From the NCBI GenBank assembly GCA_965216635.1, contig OZ244188.1:2048001-2112000 (forward strand): a stretch of 64,000 bases of DNA, written 5' to 3'. This DNA is from a bacterium. Lineage in GTDB: Bacteria; SAR324; XYD2-FULL-50-16; G965216635. Below are positions 20,058 through 31,400 of this stretch, one piece after another (the stretch's first letter is position 1; every line of letters starts with the position of its first letter). The notes beneath the pieces were generated by a model. That model ran no database searches and was not told where the DNA came from. It saw only the letters and a program-made list of their open reading frames with translations. Both the position numbers and the translations under genes were made by a program.

Positions 20058-20302
20058 TGTATTTTTATATTTTAAATTTAGTTATTCGGTAAAACTCCAA
20101 TAGAATTAAGATAATCTTCTGTATAATTACTTGGTTGAGTAAATTCATGGTTTTCATCGTTTTCTTCTTTAGGAGGAGAAATTTGGTTAAATAAGCGATC
20201 TACCCCCCAACCTGTGCCAACATGAACCCCAAGCTGCACTGGAGATTGTTTAATTACTATTTTTTTAAGTAAAAAAATATTGTTCCATTTGGGTAAAAAG
20301 CT

Positions 20303-20764
20303 TTACCTCCAGTCATCTATATTTTCTGAGTTGTAATAATAAATTTTAGTACTGGAATTCGTTATATCTATTATTTCTACTCTATCATTAAATATTATTA
20401 TATTACTACTACCTCCATAACCATATATGTATCCATCAACAAAACCTTCAATTTGTTTATCTATAGGAGCAAAACCCCTATTCCGCTGCATTTTAAATGT
20501 AATCGTTCCTGTTTCAAAAGGATGAAATTTATATATTTTTTTTTCATCAACATCTATAGGTGATAAAATTTTTCTAGGATAATCTTGATTCATAATTATA
20601 AAACTAAATTTTGAAGAATCTGATTTATTGGTTACAGTTATTTTTAATTTATCTCCAAAAAAATAATTTATAAAAATCAGACCTACACTAATAATTAAAA
20701 CTATTGTACCTATTGAAGCAAATAAAGGGTATAGAAAATTTCTAAAAAATCTCTTACTTATCAT
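20303..20764 (-). CDS. Membrane-anchored hypothetical protein, candidate orphan immunity protein
   Basis: N-terminal TM helix; start overlaps an IS-truncated ORF tail ending YIGRYTDDK*. Confidence 0.55.
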   Translation of the reverse strand: MISKRFFRNFLYPLFASIGTIVLIISVGLIFINYFFGDKLKITVTNKSDSSKFSFIIMNQDYPRKILSPIDVDEKKIYKFHPFETGTITFKMQRNRGFAPIDKQIEGFVDGYIYGYGGSSNIIIFNDRVEIIDITNSSTKIYYYNSENIDDWR

Positions 20765-20846
20765 CGGTATACCTCCCTATATAAGCTTTCAACCAATCTT
20801 GTATAGATAAAGGTTTATTAAAATTAGGAATAGAATTAGGATTATT

Positions 20847-22341
20847 TAGTCATCCCTTAAAAAGTCTAAAATTACTAAAAAGTGATAGATTTTCTAAAAA
20901 TATAGCTTAAAAAGAACCTTCTTTTTAACAACAATAATAGCTCATACGCTATTATCCATTTCCTTATGTTCCAAGCAGATGCTGCTAGCAATAAATTTAT
21001 CTCATCTCCTAGATATCCTTTAAGGTAATTTCTGCATAATCTGAAATTCTTCTTTAAATGTCCTATCATAGGCTCTATTGCCGCTCGTCTTTTGTATAAG
21101 GTTCTTTTCTTCGCTTTTTGATAATAACTATCTTGTTTTTTTGCTCTATTCGGTATCAGTATCTCTGTTTGTCCTACTTGCCTTTTTCCTCTATACCCTC
21201 TATCACAGATAGCTGTTTTTATCGGTTGCTTTCTATTTTGTCCTGCTACTTCTAATACTTCCTTTAACGTCTTGCTATCGTGGATATTTTTATCATGACT
21301 TACTACCGCTACGATTATCCCACTCTTCTTTGTTTCTACTACGCTTGCCTTTGTTCCATACTCATACTTCTTATGCTCTTTTCCTTTACTCATACAATAG
21401 ATATGTGGCTCGTGTAGGGAATATATCTTATCCTTATCTTGTTTCTTTTGCAATAATACTCTACGATACAATCTAAATTGCTCCTCGTATCTTGCTAATT
21501 GCTCTTTGGGTAGCTTTCGCTCTAATTCTCTTATCTGTCTTGCTCCTAGTATTTTTAAATGCTTCGTTGCTTTTTTTGCTTTAGCTCTCTTGGATACATT
21601 CTTAAAATACCTTAAACTCATTCTTGCTTCTTTCACTTCTTTTCCATAAGTGCGTCTTTGTTGGATATTATGCGCCTTGGCTATCTTATTGGCATTGTGA
21701 ATTATTTTTATCGCTAATTTAGCATCTGTAGGATAACTGATATTCTTCTCCTGCACTGTGCTATCTATTATTACTTCTTTCTCTTCTGCTTCTTTACCAT
21801 GTAGTCGCACAGTTTCTTTAAAGATTAACTCAATCCCTGCTTTTCCTATCCGATTTCTAAAATGCACTAATTCGCTAGCATCACAAGGACAACAGGACTC
21901 GTATTTCGGATAACCACAAAAGTATTGATAGTATGGATTTCTTTTAAACTGCAACACTATCCTCTCATCACTTAAATCTTCCAATTGTTTCAGCATCAAT
22001 AAACCTACCATTAAGCGAATAGGTTTAGCTGGACGACCTTTATCTTTTGAATAATAATGCTCAAAAGCCGTATCAAACACTTTCCAATCTATAACATAAC
22101 TGAGCTGTATTAAAGGATCTTTAGCGTCTAATTGGTGCAAAAGATCGTTGTAGAACAGATTCTGTCTTCTGTCCTTTGGTTTTGTTTTGGTTAACATTAT
22201 GGATTTTATCTGTTAATATTGAATTGAGAAAAACAACCAGAGAATAAGCCTATAGTTTCAAAAACTGGTTGTTTTATAACTAGATTTTAGTCTTTCTTTC
22301 TAGTATTTTCAAGAGAATAATGACTTTTTAAGGGAAAACTA
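20847..22341 (-). mobile_element. IS5-family insertion sequence (1495 bp)
   Basis: 20-bp terminal IRs TAGTCATCCCTTAAAAAGTC / GACTTTTTAAGGGAAAACTA (18/20) around a transposase. Confidence 0.9.
20875..22197 (-). CDS. IS5-family DDE transposase
   Basis: GRPAKPIRLMVG, IDSTVQEK, KIYSLHEP, DRGYRG and RRAAIEPMIGHLK motifs. Confidence 0.93.
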   Translation of the reverse strand: MLTKTKPKDRRQNLFYNDLLHQLDAKDPLIQLSYVIDWKVFDTAFEHYYSKDKGRPAKPIRLMVGLLMLKQLEDLSDERIVLQFKRNPYYQYFCGYPKYESCCPCDASELVHFRNRIGKAGIELIFKETVRLHGKEAEEKEVIIDSTVQEKNISYPTDAKLAIKIIHNANKIAKAHNIQQRRTYGKEVKEARMSLRYFKNVSKRAKAKKATKHLKILGARQIRELERKLPKEQLARYEEQFRLYRRVLLQKKQDKDKIYSLHEPHIYCMSKGKEHKKYEYGTKASVVETKKSGIIVAVVSHDKNIHDSKTLKEVLEVAGQNRKQPIKTAICDRGYRGKRQVGQTEILIPNRAKKQDSYYQKAKKRTLYKRRAAIEPMIGHLKKNFRLCRNYLKGYLGDEINLLLAASAWNIRKWIIAYELLLLLKRRFFLSYIFRKSITF

Positions 22342-22404
22342 CTTACAATACAATCAAAGAACAGCCAGCTTATTGATGGTTTTTTTGTTTAAGGATATAC
22401 TTTT

Positions 22405-25400
22405 TTATTTTAAAAGAGGTTTGCCGCTAAAGTCTCTCTCATGATAAGATGGTGGTGATTGTACATTTGACGATGGCGCAAAAGGATTTCTCCAACCTCC
22501 TTCGGGTGGATCGTTAGGGTTAGGTAAAGCGTCTAAAATGTCTTTAGTTAATTTTCTATAATCTATATTTTTTTTAAGAAATTTTGTAAAATCTGTAGAC
22601 GATTTAGATTTATTGGGAAAAAAAATATCATCTGGATTAGTGTAGTTCATGAAATTTTCATAGTTGACAGATTCATGTCGTCTTATACGGAAAGAATCAT
22701 TATCAAAAAGTTTTTCAAAAGTTCTCATTGCCTTTATGGTTGGCATTATAAATACTCCTTCAATAGAATTTGGTATTTTGGGGTTATGTTCATTATACAA
22801 TCTAAAAATCTGTGAATAAGGAATTATATCTTCTAGTGATTCTGGTAAAGATTCAGTAGTAATTATAGATTCTAATAGTTTAAGTGTTATTTTACTTGTT
22901 GTCATCCCCCCTTTAGTGAAGTAATCCATAATTATATCAGTCTGGAGTTTAAAAATTTCTTCAGTATTTTTTGTAGTATTATGAAAGTCTTTTCCATGGG
23001 TTGGAAACCCTTTTTTCTTATCTAAAGCGTCACTAAAATCTGATAAAATCAATCTATCATATTCATCAACACTCTCAAGGATATCTTTTGTGGTTCTATT
23101 AATACTTCTTTGTTCTTTCTCTTCTCTTTCTTTGTGTTTTAAATTATTTTTTTCTAAAACTGCTACCGCGTCACAAGCTTCTTTCATATTATTTTCAAAG
23201 CATAATTCTTTAGCTTTTTCTAAATTTCTTTCTGGATCAGTATAAAGAAAATTATTTTCTACTGCGTTTTTAGCGGATTGTTGAGCTACGTTTATATCTA
23301 GTCCATTTGCTCCTGCTGGGAATATTGTTGCTATTTGTGATATGGTTGAAACCTGTGCGTCACTTAAATCTGTATTGTTTCCTACTGCTTCTCCTACGAT
23401 TTCTCCTGCTACTCCACCAAAAGCACCTGACTTGCAGTCTCCAGCTTTCCAAATACCAACTGCACAACCAAGCCCAGCGTGTGCTGCTTTGTGTCCCAAA
23501 TAAGCTGCACTACCTATCCCTCCTGCTTTAGAATCTGCGGCTAGGTTTTCTCCTATAAAGTTTGCTCCTTTTTCTGCGACTGTGTCTATAACTGCTGCTT
23601 TGTAGTCTGCTTCTAAACGGTATCCAAATTCTTTTAAAGTTTCTCCTGCAGCTAGAGATTGAACTGCTGTTCCTACGGTCGTGTGTGCTAGTTTTTGCAC
23701 ATATTCATTTCCAAAAGCCCCATAGTCAGTTGCAGTGGGTGTTTTTTCTACTCCTGCTAGTGCATCTATTCCAGAAACTGCTGCAGCTGTAACTGAGGCT
23801 ACAGCTGCGTTTCTTAGGTTCTCTTCTGTAAAGGTATTGTGAGACGTTTCGGTTAAAGCTCCTTCTAAATTATTTCCTCTGCCTACTTCATTGATTAAAC
23901 TGACTGCTGCTACAGTGGCAAGGCTCGATAAACCAGCTCCTATTATTGCTCCTCCTACTCCTCCAGTAGCTCCTGCCACTACTAAAGTAACTGCTAAAGC
24001 CGCTTCTTCGGTTAGCCCTGAATTGTTATAATCTAAGCTCTGGTATGAGTTTGTTTTGCCTGTAAATTCAACAGAATCTCCTGCTTGAGCTAATACTTGA
24101 GACTGCCATCCTCCTTCTTTTTGTAATCTTGCTTTGGCTTCTTCGTCTGTTTCGTAAGTATCTATGTTTCTACAGCCTTTAAAAACAACACATCTTTTCT
24201 TTGTTGTTTTTTGTTTTACATAGTCTAGTTTTACTCCTTTTGCAGCTTTTATTTTTAGATTACCTTGAATGTTGTTGTCTTTTTGTGTGGAGTTATTATG
24301 ACCATCTCCTTTGTCCTTTTGCCATAATGACCCTCTTCCTTTTTCTGTTCTTGAATAATAATTACTTTCTTCTGCTGTTTCAAAGCGAATAGCTCCTTCT
24401 TTACTAGTAAGGTAAAGATCATTTTTCCCGTCTTTTCCTGCTTTAAGCTCTGCTGCTTTTAAGAGCACTTCTGTATTTCCAGAAAGACTCAAACTGCCTC
24501 CTGATTTGATGGAGCTAGAAACTGCTGTCGCATTATACCAAGTTGTTTTTATATCATTTCCTTTAGCAGATTTGAAAATACCATCCCCGCCTCTACCTCT
24601 TGTATTTCTTTCTCCTTCGGTTGTGTTATAAACAGGAACAACATAAAGACCTCCGTCAGCGTGTATATCTACATCTCCTTGGGCTTCTAGGTTAGCTCCT
24701 TGAATTACAGTATTTCCGCCAGAACGTGTGATTAAATTTCCTCCAGCGTTGATATTAGAAAAAGCATGTGTAGTTGTCTTTGTAAAACCATCGGATCTTT
24801 GTTCTTTATTAATCACTCCAATAGATTCAGCACTGATATTTCCTTCTGCGATTAAATAAATATCCTCTCCAGCGTTGACATCTGCGGCTACTATATTTAT
24901 ATCCTGTCCTGCTATAGCTGTGAAATTTCCAGTAGTGCGGACACTAGCATTCTGGTAGATAACTCCATCAATATTTTCTCCATCTTCAGTTTCTTTATAC
25001 AAGCTCTCTACATTAATACTTCCTTGTGCGTTTAGATAGATGCCTCCGTTTCCTGCTTGCAGACTGCCACTGCTATTGATATTATTGCTTGCAATCAAAT
25101 TTAAGGCATTATCGCTTTGTAGAGTTCCAGTATTAGAAACATTTCCAGCCTGTATGGTAGTTCCATCAACGCTTCTAATAGTTCCGCTATTTACTACTCG
25201 TTCCCTGTTTCCTAAAATAGAAAAATAGGCTTTTTTGATTAAATTGGTATAGCTTTGTTCGTCAAAATCTGTTTCTTTGACTCTTTTGATTTCACTTTCA
25301 CTTTTCCCTTCTTTTCTCATTTGGGCTATTTTGTTGTTCAAAGCTCCCTCAAATTTTGCTCTAGCGTCTACCAATTTTTTATCAACGATTGCATCATATT

Positions 25401-28400
25401 CTTTTCTTTGTTCTGTGGTGAGGTTGTTTTCTAATCTTGTATCATTAATACTCAAGTGTATTGCAGAGACAGGTTCATCTTTAATTAGGTTGGCTATGTC
25501 TAGGTCTATTTGGGCTTGTTGATTATCTTTTAAGTAGTTAGCAATTTCTTTGGATTCTTCTGCATTGATAGTAGCTGTCATATTACCTTGAACGACTATA
25601 TTGACCGTTCTACCTGAAATAATACTACCGTCAGCTGCATCTATTTTTGCACTAACTAATTTAGAAAGATAAACTCTAGGAACAAGATATTTTCTAGTTA
25701 CTCCATTGATAGTGATTTCTTCTTCTACATACCAAACTATATTTTTAGTAAGTCTATCTAGTTGATCTGGAGTCAAGGCTACTCCAGGGGCTAGTTGTAA
25801 TGCTTCTGCTAGACTAATCGCATTGTCTAATAAGAGCTTCATTTTTTCTGAGAAAGGCATATCTGCTTCTCCTATAAGAGCATCTGCGGCTAATCGGGTT
25901 ATATCTTCTTGGATTTTTTTATTGTCGTAAAAAGAATCTCCCAATGCCTGTTGTCCATCATCGAGTTCTATTCCAAGTTGCATAAAAAAATAATCAGCAC
26001 CGTAAAGATTTTGAATTTTTGCAATATCAAACCTGCTTTCTATGGCATATTTTCTTGTTGCAGAAGGGGGAGCAATAGTAAAAAGAGGAGTTTGAGCTAC
26101 GGTTAAAGGGTTAGTGGGTGTGTTAGCTTTGTAGTCATAGTTATTAGCGTATTCGTATTTTGTGCCGTGGATGTTTGAATTTGGATCTTCATCTGGAACA
26201 TCTGCGGTCGTTACTTCTCCATTGCTAAATTTGTTTTCTAAGTTACCAGAAATAGTGCCTCCGACAGATACGATAGAGATTATTTTATAACCAGTATAAG
26301 AGGTTGTGCTTGTTGAAGGATAATACGTTTCTGTTGTTACATAAGGATCACAAAATAAAGTAAAACCTAGCTCGTAGCATCTTCTTGTACGATTTGTGAT
26401 TGTATAAGCTCCTTTATAGTAAATTTGAATGAGTTTTTTTGGGTCATTCTTAAAACTATTACCTTCTATATGAAGGGAGTTATTAGAACGAATATAAGAG
26501 AGATAGTTTATAATATTCCCGCTCGCGATAAGTTTCATATTGCCACCAGAATAGATTCTGCCTATTGAGCCTTCTATATTTTCTGTCTCTACCGTGTTTC
26601 TCCATACAATATCATCTGAATCTGTACCACTAGTTTTAATATAAGATATAGGATTTATTCTGTTGTTTTCAATACTATTACTATGGATTTCTAAATCTCC
26701 TGAGGATTCTATCCATCCTCCTTCATTTCTAAAACTATTAGATTTTAGATAGCTTCCATCTGCGCTTACTCCACCAATAAGATACATATTTCCGAAAGAA
26801 TAGATAGTTCCTTTTTGGTTACTGAAATTAGTTTTGGTCTGGATATCTATAGTAGCAAAAGCAACTAATAAATCTGTGTTCGCAAAATCTGTTGTTTTGA
26901 TAGTAAGGTTGTTTCCTGTTAGAATTTCACGATCATTGGTGGTGTTATTTACGATAGATAAATTTAGATCATTTCCTATGTTAATTGCACCTTTGTTTTC
27001 AAAATTATCTGCGGTAATACTTAGATTGTTGGCACTAAGAGTGATGTTTTCACCGTTATAAAAATTGCTTGATGCTATATCGCTTGCCGCTATAATGTTT
27101 AAGTTATTGACTTGAAAACTGTCGCTGAATTGATTGTAAAAACTTCCTGTTGTGAAGATATTTAAACTATTTGCTTTGATATTGGCTCTGTTATTCTCAG
27201 TATTGTAAAAGTCGTTATCAATTATCAAATCAATATAATCACCAGCGATATTTGAATTAGAATCATTTTGAAAATCAGAGGCTTTGAGACTAAAATCATC
27301 AGCAGTAATATTTGATTCATTTTGATTATAAAAAACTTCTTCTGCTAAAATACTCAATCCTTCTGCATTAATGCTTGCTTTATTTTGGTTATAAAAATCT
27401 TTGTTTGTTGTTATATTCAAAAATTCTGCATTAATATTTCCGTTATCTTCGTTATAAAAATTATTGAATGCTGTAATATCAGAATTATTAGTAGTAATGC
27501 TTCCAGTGTTATGAAAATTTTTTGCTGCGATAATGGTTAAAGCATTAGAATTGATATTTCCAGTATTTGTAAAGTTGTAGCCCGATTGAATATAGGTATC
27601 TCCTGAAACTACTAAATTTCCTGCAACTGTTATATCTGATCTATCGGTGATTGAGCCACTAGGCGAAAAAACAATAAAATTGCCGTCTGCAGTAATGTCT
27701 CCAAGTGTTGTTGTATAGGCTTTGATGATAAAGTTTTTTGCTCTCAAATTTGCGGTGTTTGTGAAATTGTTGTCAGAACTGGCAATAAAATCGCCAATAC
27801 TCATAGCAGAATTTAAAACTATATCTTCGGCTTCTATATTAATATCTCCGTTTGCTTTCCATTTAGAATTTGCATTTGTAGTTAAAGCAGCATTGCTTTT
27901 GATATTGATGTTTTGGTTACTGGTGATATTGTGTAACAATAATTTACCAGCTGCATCTATTTCAATTTCTCCTGATGATGAAATAAGATTCCCTTGACTA
28001 TTAATCCCCAATCCAGATTCTGTGCTTCTTAAACTAATAGAATCTGCTTGTAGCTTGGTTAAAGAAGAAATATTTATCGCAAATTCTTTTAAGGATGTTG
28101 TTGCCGTAGTAGAATCTAAAATGGAGTTTATATAGTCGTATTTATTATTACCACTTAGGATAAGTAAATTTTTACCTGTTATAGATCCTGCTTGAATATT
28201 GTGATACCTAGAAACTAAATTGAGATTATCTGTTTCTATTCCATCTAAACCAGACCTTTTTATAATTTCATTATCTGTCAAAAAATAATTTTCATTGATA
28301 GTAATATCTGCATTGTTGATACTAAACTCAGTAAGTGCGGTATTAGAGTTAAAATTACTTGTGCCAGTAATTAAATCTACTCTATTAGCATTGATAAAAC

Positions 28401-31400
28401 CGCAACCAGAACAGGTAATGCCGTTGGGGTTGGCTATAATCAAACCAGCTTGAGCTCCGAAAATTTCTCCGTAACCATTTAAAAAACTCCTATTGTTGCT
28501 AGTGATTTGGTTTAAGATAAGAGTAGCCAAATCTCCATCGCTATAGTTAGGGTTTTTAAATAAATCTCCTGCTAGTTTGGAAGTTCCATAAATATCGCTA
28601 TTATTAAAAATAATGCCTTGGTTTGGAATATTAAAAATTTCATAAGTATTATTAGAAAGTCCGTTGGCATCTGGTTTGGCTATGTTGATAACATTTATAT
28701 CTCTACCAAGAGGTGTATCAATAAGGGTGTTTGTGTTTCCAGTAGGAGTGGTATCAGCAAAATTATAATACTCTGGACGAACCTCTAAAGTATAGCTAGT
28801 GGTCTCGGTTAAAGGTTGAACATCAAAAGTTCCTCTAGGACTAAATTCTGGAGGTTGATAGCTATAATATAGATTTGAAGTAGTGTTTGAAGAATTAGGA
28901 TCTTCTGTAGGAATGCTTGAATCTGGAGTAGTGTTTGAAGAATTAGGATCTTCTGTAGGAATGCTTGAATTTGTAATATTATTTGCAGAACTTGAATCGT
29001 CCTCAGTAGAAACACTTGAATTTGAGGATAAACCTGAATTTAGGTTGTTAAAAATAGGAACATCAGGAGTGCTAATGGTAATGACTTGATTGAAAATATT
29101 TCCTGTAGATCTATTTCCGCTATCATCAACAATTGTATGAGCAAAAAAATTAGTAGTATTAGTGGTAATATTGCCACTGTTAGAAAACTTATCTACAGCT
29201 AGATCTAAATTTCCAGCTTGAATATCTCCAATATTAGAAAAAGTGTCTTCTACAGCGATACTCAAATCTCTAACACTAATCTCTGAGTCACTATAATTAT
29301 AAAAATTGTTTGTTAGTATATTAAAGTTATTAGCTCTAATATCACCATATCTAATATATAAACTGTTTGTTACTGTAAGATTGAAATTATTAGCTTGAAT
29401 TTCACTATTTCTAATAATAATATTATTAATGCAGTCTGAATATAGAAAACCTGGTGAAAAAACTGGTAAACATTGAGGTAAATTTTGATAAGTTTTATAC
29501 CCAACAATATCACTAATATTTTCAAAATGGTTTGCTTTAATATTTAAGTTATAGGCAGTAATATTGCCACCATTATAAGAAACATCAATTTGGTCATAAT
29601 AGAAATGATTGAAACAAGAGAAGAATACAGGTTGGCTGCAGTATCTTTTTGAAGTGGAGACTACATCAATACTACCATTATTAAAATAATCTGCTGAAAC
29701 ATTTAAATTATTAGCACTAATCGTTGCGTTGTTGTTGGAAAAACTACCTCCTGCTAAGACACTAAAACTACCTGCACTAATCGTTGCATCATCTCTGTTG
29801 TAAAAGTCACCTGAAGTTGTAACATTAAAACTACCTGCACTAATCGTTGCATCATCTCTGTTGTAAAAGTCACCTGAAGTTGTAACATTAAAACTACCTG
29901 CACTAATCGTTGCATTATCTCTGTTGTAAAAGTCACCTGAAGTTGTAACATTAAAACTACCAGCGTTAATCGTTGCGTTCTTGATATTGTAAAAATCATC
30001 TGCTGTAACATTAAAGCTACTAGCGTTAATCGTTGAGTAAGTTGAGCGATTAGAATCATATCCATTGTAAAAGCCACCTCCAACTGTAACATTAAAACTA
30101 TCAGCGTTAATAATCGCTTCAGAATAAAGATTCGATCCATTATGAAAGTCAGCTCCTGCTACAACATTAAAGCTACCAGCGTTAATCGTTCCGTATTCGT
30201 AGTTATTAAAATCTCTTCTAACTGTAATATCAAAGTTATCAGCAGTAATAGTTCCAAAGTTATTAAAATCCCTTGCTGTAATATCAAAGTTATTAGTATT
30301 AATTGTTGCTCGATTGGAAAAGTTATTTTCAGTTGTAACATTAAAACTATCAGCGTTAATCGTTGCGGAGGATTCATTGCTAAAGAAGCCTCCTACTGTA
30401 AGATTGAAGCTACCAGCGTTAATCGTTGCGTAGGAGCGGAAGAGAAATCCAGTTGTAACATTAAAGCTATCAGCACTAATCGTTTCGTAGTGATTGTAAA
30501 AGCCACCTCCAACTGTAACATTGAAGCTGTTTACGGTAAGGTCGGCATAATTAAAAAAACTACCGTCTGTCGTAATACCTAAATTATTAAAGGTAAAACC
30601 ATTAAAAGAAGTAGTTGTATGGGTAAAACTATTGGTGAGTATCAAATTTAAATTATCTGTAGAAATAGTTGCGGTGTTGTAAATATCAGCAAAGTCCGTT
30701 ACTTCAATCGTTACACTATCAGCAATAATCGTTGATGAATTTATATTGTTAAAGTCATCTCCAGCTACAACATTAAAGCTACCTGCATTAATCATCCCAG
30801 AATAAACACTACCCACTCCATTATGAAAGTCATTTTCAACTACAACATTGAAGCTATCAGCGTTAATCGTTGAGTTAGTATTGTAAAAGTTATCTCCAAC
30901 TGTAACATTAAAAGTATCAGCGTTAATCTTCGTAACGTTACCAGAATTGTAAAAGTAAGTTCCAGCTGTAACATCAAAGCTACCTGCGTTAATCGTTGCG
31001 CCATTTTCAAAGTAAGTTCTAGCCGTAACAGCAAAGCTGTCCGCGGTAATCGTTCCGTTGTTATTGCCAAAGCTAGTTCCAGCCGTAACCTTCAAACTAT
31101 CCACACTAATCGTTGATAAGTTATAATTGTTAAAGTTATCTCTAGCCACAATATTCAAGCTATCCGCGTTAATCGTTGCGAGATTGCCGTTCCAAAAATT
31201 TTCAGCCGCAACATCAAAGCTACCAGCGTTAATCGTTGCGGATTCGTTGTAAAAGTAACCTCCCGCCGTAACATCAAAACTATTTATGGTAAGGTCCGCT
31301 TCATTGTTAAAATAACCGTCTGTAGAAACATCTAAATTATTAAAAGTAAAACCATTAAAGGAAGTGCTGCTACGGGTAAAATCATTGGTGAGAATAAAAT

